A stretch of 64,000 nt of DNA from Thermacetogenium sp. UBA4966 (GTDB taxonomy: Bacteria > Bacillota > DSM-12270 > Thermacetogeniales > Thermacetogeniaceae): contig DHAA01000113.1 in NCBI GenBank assembly GCA_002397275.1, positions 4,694 through 68,693 of the forward strand, read 5' to 3'. Positions within the stretch are counted from its first letter, which is position 1. Every line of letters begins with the position of its first letter. The notes beneath the pieces were generated by a model, which saw only the letters and a program-made list of their open reading frames with translations, searched no databases and had not been told where the DNA came from. The position numbers and the translations under genes are program-made. Of this stretch, positions 52,135 through 61,700 are shown in pieces.

Positions 52135-53381
52135 CAGCTTTTGCTTCGATAGAATTTGATTGTAAATTCCGAACCGCTGTTGGTTTCGCTTTTGACCGTA
52201 ATGTCCCCGCCCTGCTTGGCTACGATCGTCTGGGCCATGGCCAGACCGATGCCCGCCTGATCATCCGCCGCGTTTTTGCCTTTGTAAAAGCGGTTGAAAA
52301 TATAGGGGAGGTCCTCCTGCTCGATTCCCACGCCGCTGTCTTTGATGATAATTTCCGTATACAGCGGGTTTTCATGGAAAGAAATGCGCAGCTCTCCCTG
52401 TTCGGGGGTGTGCTCGATGCAGTTCTTGAGGATATTGATCAGCGCTTCGCAGCTCCAGTTGAAATCGCCGCTGAAACGGACGTTTTCGTCCCCTTCCAGA
52501 TCAACATGCAGCATTTTAATGTCCAGAGGGATGCGCAGGGAATCCAGGGCTTTCTCCACCAGGGCACGGACAGGGACCGGCGCCTTTTTCATGACTGCCG
52601 TGCCGGCGTCGAGTTTAGAGAGCTTCAGCAGGGAGCTGACCAACCACTCGATCCGTTTCAGCTGCGGCCTTATGCGCTCCAGGTAGTTCGCCCTGTTTTT
52701 TGGCGAAGGGTCTTCGGACAGCAGATCGCTTAAAACAAAGAGGGAGGTCAATGGCGTTTTCAGCTGGTGTGATATGTCGGCCAGAGAGTTGGCGAGACTC
52801 GTTTTGTCCCTCTGCAGAGCCGCGGAGCGTTCTCTGAGCATGGTGGTGATTTTGTAGATCTCGTTTTTGAGGATGCTCAGTTCCCCCTCACGATTATCCC
52901 GGATATCCAGCGAATAGTCCCCGGCGTTGATTTTCCCCGCATAGCGTGCGGTTTCCCCGATCTGAGCGTACTGCTTTCTCAGAAACAGCAGTATTGCCGG
53001 AATAAAGGCGCCGCACGCCAGGATGATCAGCAAGAGATAGCTCTCCAAGCTGTAGCGGAAATATTTTTGCAGCAAAGGGGTGTCTGCTTGCCCGTCTTCG
53101 CTGTTGATCCCGTATTTGGAGAGGATATCCTTTCCTCTTTTTATATCTGCTGCTTTGTCTGTTTCCATGACCTGCCTGACCAGTTCCTGCTCGGTCTCCG
53201 GGTATTTTTCTGCAGTCGCCCCGACCAGCGCGGCCTGGCCGTCGATGATCGCCTGCGTCAGGTATCCTCTGCCGGCCAGGCTGAACAGTAGGGCGGCGGC
53301 GACCAGTGCGATCAGCAAGAAGGCGAATATGGTCAGCAGCCTGTTTACCTCGGGATTTTTGGTCAGTTTCACGTCAATCAC
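52134..53381 (-). CDS. Sensor histidine kinase (two TM segments, HAMP, HisKA, HATPase)
   Basis: H-box SHQLKTPLTSL plus N, G1 and G2 boxes (NILKNCIEHT, DSGVGI, GIGLAMA). Confidence 0.88.
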   Translation of the reverse strand: MIDVKLTKNPEVNRLLTIFAFLLIALVAAALLFSLAGRGYLTQAIIDGQAALVGATAEKYPETEQELVRQVMETDKAADIKRGKDILSKYGINSEDGQADTPLLQKYFRYSLESYLLLIILACGAFIPAILLFLRKQYAQIGETARYAGKINAGDYSLDIRDNREGELSILKNEIYKITTMLRERSAALQRDKTSLANSLADISHQLKTPLTSLFVLSDLLSEDPSPKNRANYLERIRPQLKRIEWLVSSLLKLSKLDAGTAVMKKAPVPVRALVEKALDSLRIPLDIKMLHVDLEGDENVRFSGDFNWSCEALINILKNCIEHTPEQGELRISFHENPLYTEIIIKDSGVGIEQEDLPYIFNRFYKGKNAADDQAGIGLAMAQTIVAKQGGDITVKSETNSGSEFTIKFYRSKS

Positions 53382-54057
53382 CAGCCTTGTAGCCTAAACC
53401 GCGGACGGTAACGATCAGCTTAGGCGAACGGGGATCGTCTTCGATTTTCTCACGCAGCCGCTTGATATAAACGGTAAGGGTGTTGTCGTTGACAAAATCA
53501 CCCGCTACATCCCAGATTTCCTCAAGGATTTGTTTTCGGCTCAGCACCTGCCCTTTGCTGCGGGCGAGGGTCAGCAAGAGCTTATACTCCAGGGCGGACA
53601 GCCAAATAGGCTGCTCACTCTTATAAACTTTGGCTTCGGCCGGGTTGATCCTGAGGTTCCCCAGAAAAAATTCTGCAGCATTAAGCTCCGGCTGCCTGTT
53701 GTATCTGCGCAGAACGCTGTTGATCCGTGAAATCAGCTCCCTCAAGCGAAAGGGCTTGGTGATATAATCATCCGCTCCCAGATCCAGCCCCATCACGGTA
53801 TTTGCTTCATCATCGTTAACCGTGAGAAAGACGACAGGCGTGTCTCCCCTTTCCCTGGCCAGCTTGCACAACTCGAAGCCGCTGCCATCCGGCAGATTCA
53901 CATCCAGGATGAGCAGTAAAAAGGAGAGGTTGAGGATGGCCTCTTTGGCGCTGCGGAAATCATAACAAATATAGGTGGCAAAGCCCTCCTGGGCTAATGT
54001 GAACTCGATGCCCATGGCAATGGTTTTATCGTCTTCTACAATCAAAATTTCGCTCAC
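53374..54057 (-). CDS. OmpR/PhoB-family response regulator
   Basis: Receiver domain (ILIVEDD, LLILDVNLPDGSG, K in ITKPF) and a winged-helix output (TVRGLGYK). GTG 54057 has a GAGGAGGG RBS. Confidence 0.88.
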   Translation of the reverse strand: MSEILIVEDDKTIAMGIEFTLAQEGFATYICYDFRSAKEAILNLSFLLLILDVNLPDGSGFELCKLARERGDTPVVFLTVNDDEANTVMGLDLGADDYITKPFRLRELISRINSVLRRYNRQPELNAAEFFLGNLRINPAEAKVYKSEQPIWLSALEYKLLLTLARSKGQVLSRKQILEEIWDVAGDFVNDNTLTVYIKRLREKIEDDPRSPKLIVTVRGLGYKAGD

Positions 54058-54114
54058 AGAATCCCTCCTCAATAGACCAGGGGTAGATCAGGCGGACGGT
54101 TATCCTGATCCGGA

Positions 54115-54321
54115 TCACCGGGACGGTTCCGCTGATCGGTAAAAGATCATCCCTATCACGTTTCCCAATAATGCAATTAGTCCATATCCTGGAGCATAGA
54201 CCCATGCGCTTAAGTTATAAAAAATGAAGATAGACGGCACAAATAGAATTGCGACGGTTAATACATAAAACAGAACGGCAGCAAATAAAAACTTAGTGTA
54301 ATAATAACCAAATAAGGCCAC
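54115..54321 (-). CDS. Possible small two-TM membrane protein (uncertain; overlaps a better-initiated 27-codon ORF at 54258..54341 in another frame)
   Basis: The 68-aa ORF is highly hydrophobic but has no RBS. The ATG at 54341 has GGAGAGGAG 7 nt upstream but terminates after 27 codons. A frameshift or sequencing error is possible. Confidence 0.3.
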   Translation of the reverse strand: MALFGYYYTKFLFAAVLFYVLTVAILFVPSIFIFYNLSAWVYAPGYGLIALLGNVIGMIFYRSAEPSR

Positions 54322-54712
54322 ATCTTCTTCACTTTTTCCATTATGGACTCCTCTCCGATATTAAATTTCACCTCCGTCGGGGGACGCGGAACACCGGAAC
54401 AGCGCGCCGGTAATCACCAGACTATTTTTTACAGTATATCATAATTGCAAGCAGTCAAAGACCAAACTGCCTGTATCCCAAACGGTTTGTGTTCACAGCT
54501 TTATGTCTCCATATGCTTTGCCCTCGAAAACATAATAAGCTGCTATGCTGTTTACATTGAATTGACCGACAAAGCGAACGCATATATGCAGGCAATGAGT
54601 GCAAAGCCCCGCATGGTAAAGAAGGAGAGGGCAATCCGTGATCCGTAAGATTGGCGGATTGCCCCTGATCTTAATCTCAGGCGATCATTTGCGGGCGATT
54701 ATATGCCGCATT

Positions 54713-57700
54713 TTATAGCGAGCGTCTTTTCCTCATCAGCAGATAGGCGGCGGCTAGTATCCCCGCGCCGCAGATGAGCGACCAGATGGCCATGGATGAC
54801 CTATCTCCGGTAGCGGGGCTTTTTGTTTCCTCTTTTTCTCTTTCATTGCCGATTTCAATTTTTTGGCCGATTTTTTTCTGCGTCAGGAAATAATCGGATA
54901 GGTGAGTGAGGGTAAAGCTGACATAGCCGTCCTTTACCGTTAACCCTGTTGCGAAATCTTCCGCCCGTTTTGTTTTTTTATTGAAATAATACAGGTTTAA
55001 CTGATCGCCGTCTTTGTATTTTTCTCCCACGTACACTTTTATTAATGCCGGCGCCGGCAGTTTCCCTTCGTAGGTGAAGGAGAGATAGACGCTGTTTGCA
55101 TCCCCGGCCAGCTTGTCGATGGCCGCTTTGTTGTCGGTCGTAAAGGAGATCTTCAAGTCGATGTCGTCCATAGTAGTGCCTACTTTACCGCCGTCAAAGG
55201 TCCAGCTGTATAATACCTTGCCGTTCTCTTTCTTGACGAAGGTTACCTTTTTGCCGGAATCTTTTATGGCTTGCAGAACAGTTTTGCTTAGCCCAGAGGA
55301 TTTGCCTAATTCAATGGAAACTATTTTCTCTGTTGATGATTTGATTTTCTCGACTACAACTTTCTCCTCTTCTGCTATTAACTGAGCGTTGGTTTTGATC
55401 TTGTCCAGCTGGGCTTTGGCTGCCGCTAAGGCGCTGTTCACCGCGTCAACATCCGCCGCTTTGCCGATGGCGGCTTTTCCTTTGGTGATGGCTGCCGCCA
55501 GTTCGGCCTTTTGAGCTTCACGGTAGTCAGCAGGCTTCTTATAATTGTCAAGCTCGTTCTTAGCTGCTTTCTTCACTGCTGCTATGTCTTTTACTGCTGC
55601 CGCATAAGCCGCTTCTGCCGCTTTCAAGTCAGCTTCATTGGTGACCAGAATTTGCCGGTCTTCATTCAACAGATCGAACGCCCGGCGGGCCGCTTCGATC
55701 CTCTCCCTGCAGGCGTCGCCGGCATCCACTTGGCCGATGGCCTCGATCAGCTGAATGACCGCGGTGGCTGCTTCCTGATTGGCTTTCGCTATTGCACACT
55801 GCCAGGCGAGTACCGGATAACCGCCGTTGATCTGATAGGTGTCCGCGGCGTAGGCGTCGCCCAGCGTCGTGGCCAGAGCCTTCATCTGATCGGCGGTTTT
55901 GCTTACAGTGGCGTCAGGGGCCGTTTCGCCGGAGGCGAAGTAGCCTATTCCATGCAAGGCGCCGCTTTTGAGGTAGTAATTGCCCTCACTGCTCTCGTCT
56001 GAGGCCCAGAAACCGGCAACCGAGCCGACGCGGGTTTGCGCGGGGTCGGCCGAGCAGCTTATTGAACCGATGTTATAGCAGTTTGTAATTTTGGTTTTCT
56101 GGACATACCCGGCGATACCGCCGATTCCGGTGTCGGCGTCGCTCTTTTTACCCAGGACAGTCCCCGTGTTATAGCAACTGGCGACAGGTTTTTGAGCGTA
56201 CCCGGTAATGCCGCCGACATTGTTTCTATGCGCGCTCACAGCGCCTTTATTCACGCACAGGGTGAGGGAAATACCGCTTTTGGTCCCGGCGTTGGCGCCT
56301 GTGATGCCGCCGACCCTGTCGTCGCCAACAACCTGGCCATAGTTGATGCACTTCTGCAGATAAGTGGTGCTGGTCGCTTGTCCGCAGATACCACCGACAT
56401 ACTGCGTGCCGCCGACGGAACCTTTATTGGAACAATTCTGAATCACACTGGACCCCGAGGCGTTGCCGGCTATGCCTCCACTGTTCACCGTGCCCTGGAC
56501 TGCCGCCGTATTCACACAATTATCAATTGTAGAATACATGGCAATGCCCGCGATACCGCCGGTACAGTAATTAGTTCCATTCACCTGCCCGGACACGGTC
56601 AGGTTTTTGATGGTTGCATATTTGACATAGCCGAACAATCCTTGATAAAAATCCTCGCTGTTGATATTTAACCCAAAGACCTGATGCCCGTCGCCGTCAA
56701 AAGTACCGGAGTAAACGACATTCATATCGATGCCGATCGGCGACCACGGGGCGCCGTCCAAATCTATGTCGCCCGTTAAGCGGCCTTTGAGATCAGCGAC
56801 GCCCTTAACGTTAACTTGTTCGGCGAACCAAAACAGATCGTCCGCCTCGGCAAGCAAATAAAAGCCATTGCGACACTGCGGTTCTTGTTGCCCGGGCCCC
56901 GGCGCGCCCGGTGTGATTGTCAGCGTAATCGTCTGTTTATCCGGCAGGTAATTAGGATTAGTCAGCGTCAAACTATACTCGCCGGGTTCGGTAAGCGCTC
57001 CTGTGGCAAAGTAATTCGCTTTGATCGTCAATCTGCCCGGTTCACTCCGGTCCAGATAGGATTCCGTAATAGATTTTCCATCAATCGCCGCCTCAATTTC
57101 CGCCTGATAGGCCTGGGTTGGATCGTCAAAGGTCAGCATAATATCTTTGTACATGGGATAAGCGGCCGCTATCTTTAGTTGCGGCGCCATTCCCTTGAGC
57201 GATCCTTCTACCGTGCGTGTGGCGTAATTAGGCGCCTTAACGATCAAAGTATGTTTACCTGTCGTGGCAAACAGCTCCTTGCCGAGGGTGATTGTTTTGT
57301 TTTCATTATTGATCCGGTATTGATCGGCAGCGAGATCTTTGGAGGCGCCGTCCGGATACCGTATAGTGACGTTTGAAATATTAGCGGTCCAGGCGCCCCA
57401 TTCCGCTGCAGTTACACTATCTATGGCTGTAAAGACAACATTTTCACCGAGGAAACCGTCGCCGGAATCCCTTTGAAAAGAGGGAGCGGTTTGGTAATAG
57501 TACATTATCTGCGGGCCCTGGTCGTCATACCCCTCGCGGACCGTGCGCGTATAATATATAACCGGATCGGCAGCCAGATCTCTGTCCGTCACATCAATTG
57601 TAAACGGTTCCGCATACGTTGTCTGCGCGGAATGTTCTTTGGGGTCTGTTCCGTCATTGTAATAGATGGTTGCGCCATCCGTGGGGCTGGTCAGGGTCAC

Positions 57701-58648
57701 CGTCAGCAATCTTTTGCCGCCGTCTTCAGTTAGTTGATATGAAGGGACTGCCGCGGGCACGGTTCCCTTGGACTTGACATCGGGCAGGTTTTCCATCCTC
57801 AGTCTGATGGCATAGATCCATTTGAAGTTCTCGCTGGCAGTACGCTTTCCTTTCATGAACTGCTCGTAAGAAGTCGGGATATAGAGGGTTAAAGCCTTGT
57901 CCGTACCCAAGGCATCCCGCAGGCAACCCCTGACGACGCCGTCGTTGTCGTCGACATATTTCCCAATGCCGTCACTCGTCTCGTCATGATACATCAGGAC
58001 TCTGCCGCTGTTCGAATACGGAGAGAGGATGACCGGCATGTCGTCGCCTTCATCCCAAGCCTGCTCTTTATAGGACTTTGTCCCGGGGTCCAGATCCTCA
58101 ATATAATCGACTTCCCAGGTCTTAAGGTCGCCTTCGTCGACATCCTCGTAGTATTTTTTCCAACCCTCATAAAGGCCTGTCACGAATTTTCGCTCGACAC
58201 CGTTCAGATTTTTAGCGGTGTATCTTCGTATCCAAAGTCTTTCGCTGTCGTCGGCCATGAAGGACATTATGTCTTTTCCTGCGTAAGTCAGCGTACCCAT
58301 TTCAGGGAGATTATTTGCCAGATAGCTGTTCAGGTAATCGATCAATTCATCTGTGGTAAAGCCCTCTGCTTCGGCATAGCCGGTGGTCGGGAAATTGTCG
58401 GTATAGGAAAATCCGTAGTTTTGGCCGTTGGGCATTGGATGAGATAGGGCTTCAATCTCCTCGATCGGCGCCGCCTTCACCAGAATATCCTTCTCGTCCG
58501 CGTTGGTGACATAAAAGAATACCGTCTTCGCCGCCTGCGCATCCACAGTTTTCGCCAAGACATAGGCAGCCGGTATAAGGCACAGGAATAAGGTCAATAC
58601 CAGCAGCCAAACCGATTTCTTGTTAAAGTTAAACTTTTTTTTCGTCAT
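54713..58648 (-). CDS. Giant cell-surface protein with GLUG-motif repeats and (S/P)PXTG-type sorting signal
   Basis: Signal peptide after ATG 58648 (GGAGG RBS). It has a chitobiase-C-like block (GATIYYNDGTDP), two DUF1533/HID-like modules, at least 8 GLUG repeats (GGIAG/GGITG/GGICG), a helical A/K-rich repeat, and a C-terminal SPATGD plus TM plus RKRRSL. Confidence 0.85.
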   Translation of the reverse strand: MTKKKFNFNKKSVWLLVLTLFLCLIPAAYVLAKTVDAQAAKTVFFYVTNADEKDILVKAAPIEEIEALSHPMPNGQNYGFSYTDNFPTTGYAEAEGFTTDELIDYLNSYLANNLPEMGTLTYAGKDIMSFMADDSERLWIRRYTAKNLNGVERKFVTGLYEGWKKYYEDVDEGDLKTWEVDYIEDLDPGTKSYKEQAWDEGDDMPVILSPYSNSGRVLMYHDETSDGIGKYVDDNDGVVRGCLRDALGTDKALTLYIPTSYEQFMKGKRTASENFKWIYAIRLRMENLPDVKSKGTVPAAVPSYQLTEDGGKRLLTVTLTSPTDGATIYYNDGTDPKEHSAQTTYAEPFTIDVTDRDLAADPVIYYTRTVREGYDDQGPQIMYYYQTAPSFQRDSGDGFLGENVVFTAIDSVTAAEWGAWTANISNVTIRYPDGASKDLAADQYRINNENKTITLGKELFATTGKHTLIVKAPNYATRTVEGSLKGMAPQLKIAAAYPMYKDIMLTFDDPTQAYQAEIEAAIDGKSITESYLDRSEPGRLTIKANYFATGALTEPGEYSLTLTNPNYLPDKQTITLTITPGAPGPGQQEPQCRNGFYLLAEADDLFWFAEQVNVKGVADLKGRLTGDIDLDGAPWSPIGIDMNVVYSGTFDGDGHQVFGLNINSEDFYQGLFGYVKYATIKNLTVSGQVNGTNYCTGGIAGIAMYSTIDNCVNTAAVQGTVNSGGIAGNASGSSVIQNCSNKGSVGGTQYVGGICGQATSTTYLQKCINYGQVVGDDRVGGITGANAGTKSGISLTLCVNKGAVSAHRNNVGGITGYAQKPVASCYNTGTVLGKKSDADTGIGGIAGYVQKTKITNCYNIGSISCSADPAQTRVGSVAGFWASDESSEGNYYLKSGALHGIGYFASGETAPDATVSKTADQMKALATTLGDAYAADTYQINGGYPVLAWQCAIAKANQEAATAVIQLIEAIGQVDAGDACRERIEAARRAFDLLNEDRQILVTNEADLKAAEAAYAAAVKDIAAVKKAAKNELDNYKKPADYREAQKAELAAAITKGKAAIGKAADVDAVNSALAAAKAQLDKIKTNAQLIAEEEKVVVEKIKSSTEKIVSIELGKSSGLSKTVLQAIKDSGKKVTFVKKENGKVLYSWTFDGGKVGTTMDDIDLKISFTTDNKAAIDKLAGDANSVYLSFTYEGKLPAPALIKVYVGEKYKDGDQLNLYYFNKKTKRAEDFATGLTVKDGYVSFTLTHLSDYFLTQKKIGQKIEIGNEREKEETKSPATGDRSSMAIWSLICGAGILAAAYLLMRKRRSL

Positions 58649-58772
58649 ATACCCCCCTCCTAATTGAACCAAGAACCAAAGGCGCCTGCAGGAGTCTCCT
58701 GGGCGGAAAGTAATGGGTGAAACGGGAAAGGAACAACCCCTGTAGATTGTTCCTTCCTTATCCACCGTTAAT

Positions 58773-61700
58773 CTACGATGTGCGTTTTCTCCTGAGCAGG
58801 TATGCGGCGCTTACTAAACCGGCGCCGCAGATCAACGGCCAGATGGCCGCTGATGATCTGTCACCGGTAGCGGCGCCGTTTTCTTTTCCGTCGCTGATTC
58901 CATTTTGGCCGATTTTATTTGCTGTTAGGAAGTAATCCGACATGTGAATTAGGGTAAAGCTCACATAGCCGTCCTTCACCGTTAACCCTGCGGCGATCTC
59001 TTCCGCCTGCTTTGTTTTTTCGTTGAAATAGTACAGGTTTAATGTATCGCCGTCTTTGTATTTGTCCCCAACATACACCGTTATCCGCACCGGCGCCGGC
59101 AGTTCCCCTTGATAGGCAAAGGAGAGATAGAGGCTGTTTTTATCCCCGGCCAGTTTGTCGATGGCGGCTTTATTTTCCGTTGTAAAGGAGATATTCAAGT
59201 CGATGTCCTGGATTGTGTCTGTGTCCCCTAATTCACTGCCGTCGAAGGTCCAGCTGTACAGTGCTCTGCCGTTCTCTTTTTTGACGAAGGTTACCTCTTT
59301 GCCGGAGTCTTTTATGGCTTGCAGAACAGTTTTGCTCAGCCCGGAAGATTCTCCTAATTCAATGGAAATTGTTTTCTCTGTTGATGATTTGATTTTATTT
59401 ACTACAGCTTTCTCCTCTTCTGCTATTAACTGGGCGTTGGTTTTGATCTTGTCCAGCTCGGTTTTAGCTGTTGCCAGTGCGCTGTCCACCGCGTCGATAT
59501 CTGCGGCGTTGTCGATAGCTGTCTTTCCTGCGGTGATGGCGTCTGCCAGTTCAGTTTTTTGAGCATCGCGGTAATCGGAAGCATTCTTATAGCTGTCGAG
59601 TTCGTTTTTAGCTGTGATTTTAGCAGCGGCCAGCTCTTCGGCGGTCAGCTGGGCGTTGGTTTTGATCTTGTCTATGGCAGCTTTGGCAGCTGCCATGGCG
59701 CTGTTCACAGCGTCGATATCTGCAGCGGAGTCGATGGCGGCCTTACCTGTATTGATGGCCGCCGTCAGTTCAGCCTTTTGAGCATCGCGGTAGTCTGCGG
59801 GGTTTTTGTAACTGTCTAATTCACCCTTGGCTGCGGTTTTTGCCGCGGCCAGCTCTTCTTCTGTCAGCTGGGCATCGGTTTTGATCTTGTCCAGTCCGGC
59901 TTTGGCAGCTGCCATGGCGCTGTTCACAGCGTCGATATCTGCAGCGGAGTCGATGGCGGCCTTACCTGTATTGATGGCCGCCGTCAGTTCGGCCTTTTGA
60001 GCATCGCGGTAATCAGCGGGGTTCTTGTAGCTGTCTAATTCACCCTTGGCTGCGGTTTTAGCATCCGACAGTTCTTTTACTGCTGTTTCATAGGCCGCTT
60101 CTGCCGCTGTCAAAGCATCTTTATTGGAGACCAGCTTTTGCTGAACTTCAGTCAATCGATCAAACGCTTGGCGGGCTGCTTCGATTCTCTCCCTGCAGGC
60201 GTCGCCGGCATCTACCTTACCGATTGTGCTGATTTGGAGAATGACCGCATTAGCAGCTGTCTGATTTTCTGAAGCTACCGTCGATTGCCAGGCGAGTACC
60301 GGATAGCCGCCGTTGATCTGATAAGTGTCCGCGGCGTAGGCATCGCCTAACGCCGGGGCCAGAGACTTCATTTCGTCGATCGTTTTGCTTTCAGTGGCGT
60401 CCGGCGCCTGCTCGTTGTATGTGCAGTAGCCTATTCCGTTCAGAGTATCGTTTTTCAGGTAGTAATTGCCGGCGCTGCTGTAGTTGGAGAGCCAGAAACC
60501 GACGAACGAACCGATGCGGGTTGTTGCATCGCTCGCAGAGCACCTTACCGAACCGATGTTATAGCAGTTTGTGACCTGGGTGTTGGCAACATACCCGGCG
60601 ATACCGCCGATGCCGGTGGCGGAATCGCTTTTTTTGCCCAGGATAGTTCCTGTGTTATAGCAGCTGCTAACAGGTTCTTGAACATACCCGGAAATGCCGC
60701 CGACATTGTTTTCCTCCGCGCTCACATCGCCCTTATTAACGCACAGGATGACCGAAATACCGTCTTTTATCCCCGCGTTGGCTCCTGTGATGCCGCCGAC
60801 CCGGTCGTTGCCGCTGATCATGCCGTAGTTGATGCAGTTACGCAGATAAGTGGTGCTGGCGGACTGTCCGCAGATACCGCCCACAAACTGTGTGCCGCTG
60901 ATGGTTCCCTCATTGGAGCAATTCTCTATCACGCTGTTTCTAGTGGCGTTGCCGGCTATGCCTCCGCTGTCCACCGTACCCTGAACGGTCGCCTTATTCA
61001 CGCAATTGGCAATCGTGGTGCCTGAGGCTGTGCCTACGATGCCTCCCGTCCATCCTGCTCCGTTCACCTGTCCGGAAACCGTCAGATTTTTGATAACCGC
61101 ATCTTTGGCCTGACCGAATAATCCCTGATGGTTATTCTGACTGTTTACTTTTAAGCCGATGATCTGATGTCCGTCGCCGTCGAAAACCCCGGAGTAAACA
61201 ATCGACGTGCTGATGCCGATAGGCGTCCATAGAGCATTATTTAAATTAATGTTGTTCGTTAAACGGGCATCAATATCTTTAATACCCTTAGCATTGACCT
61301 GCTTGGCAAACCAGAACAGATCGTCCGCGTCGGTGAGCAGATAAACGCCGTCCTTGTTTTCCGGCGCTTTACCGGCTGTTTCCGGTGTGATCTTCAGCTG
61401 AAGCGTCTGATCTTTCGGCAGATAATTGGTATTGCTCAGCACTAAAGTATACTCGCCCGGTTCTTTGATCGCCCCGCCGGCGAAGTAACTCGCTTTGATT
61501 GTCAGCTTACCCGCTTCACTACGATCCAGATAGTCGGCGGAAACGGTTTTTCCATCGATTTTTCCAGTAATTTTTTCCTGGTAAGCCTGGGTCGGGTCAT
61601 CAAAGGTCAGCACGATATCCTCATACAGCGGATAGCCTCCTGCAGCCGTCTTGATCTCGGGGGCGGCGCCCTTCATCGTTCGTGTAGTTGTGCGTGTGGC

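Noticed and set aside
52104-52733. 209-aa plus-strand ORF
   Set aside because: It is antisense to the histidine kinase gene (H, N and G boxes on the minus strand), and its start lies inside a repeat hairpin.
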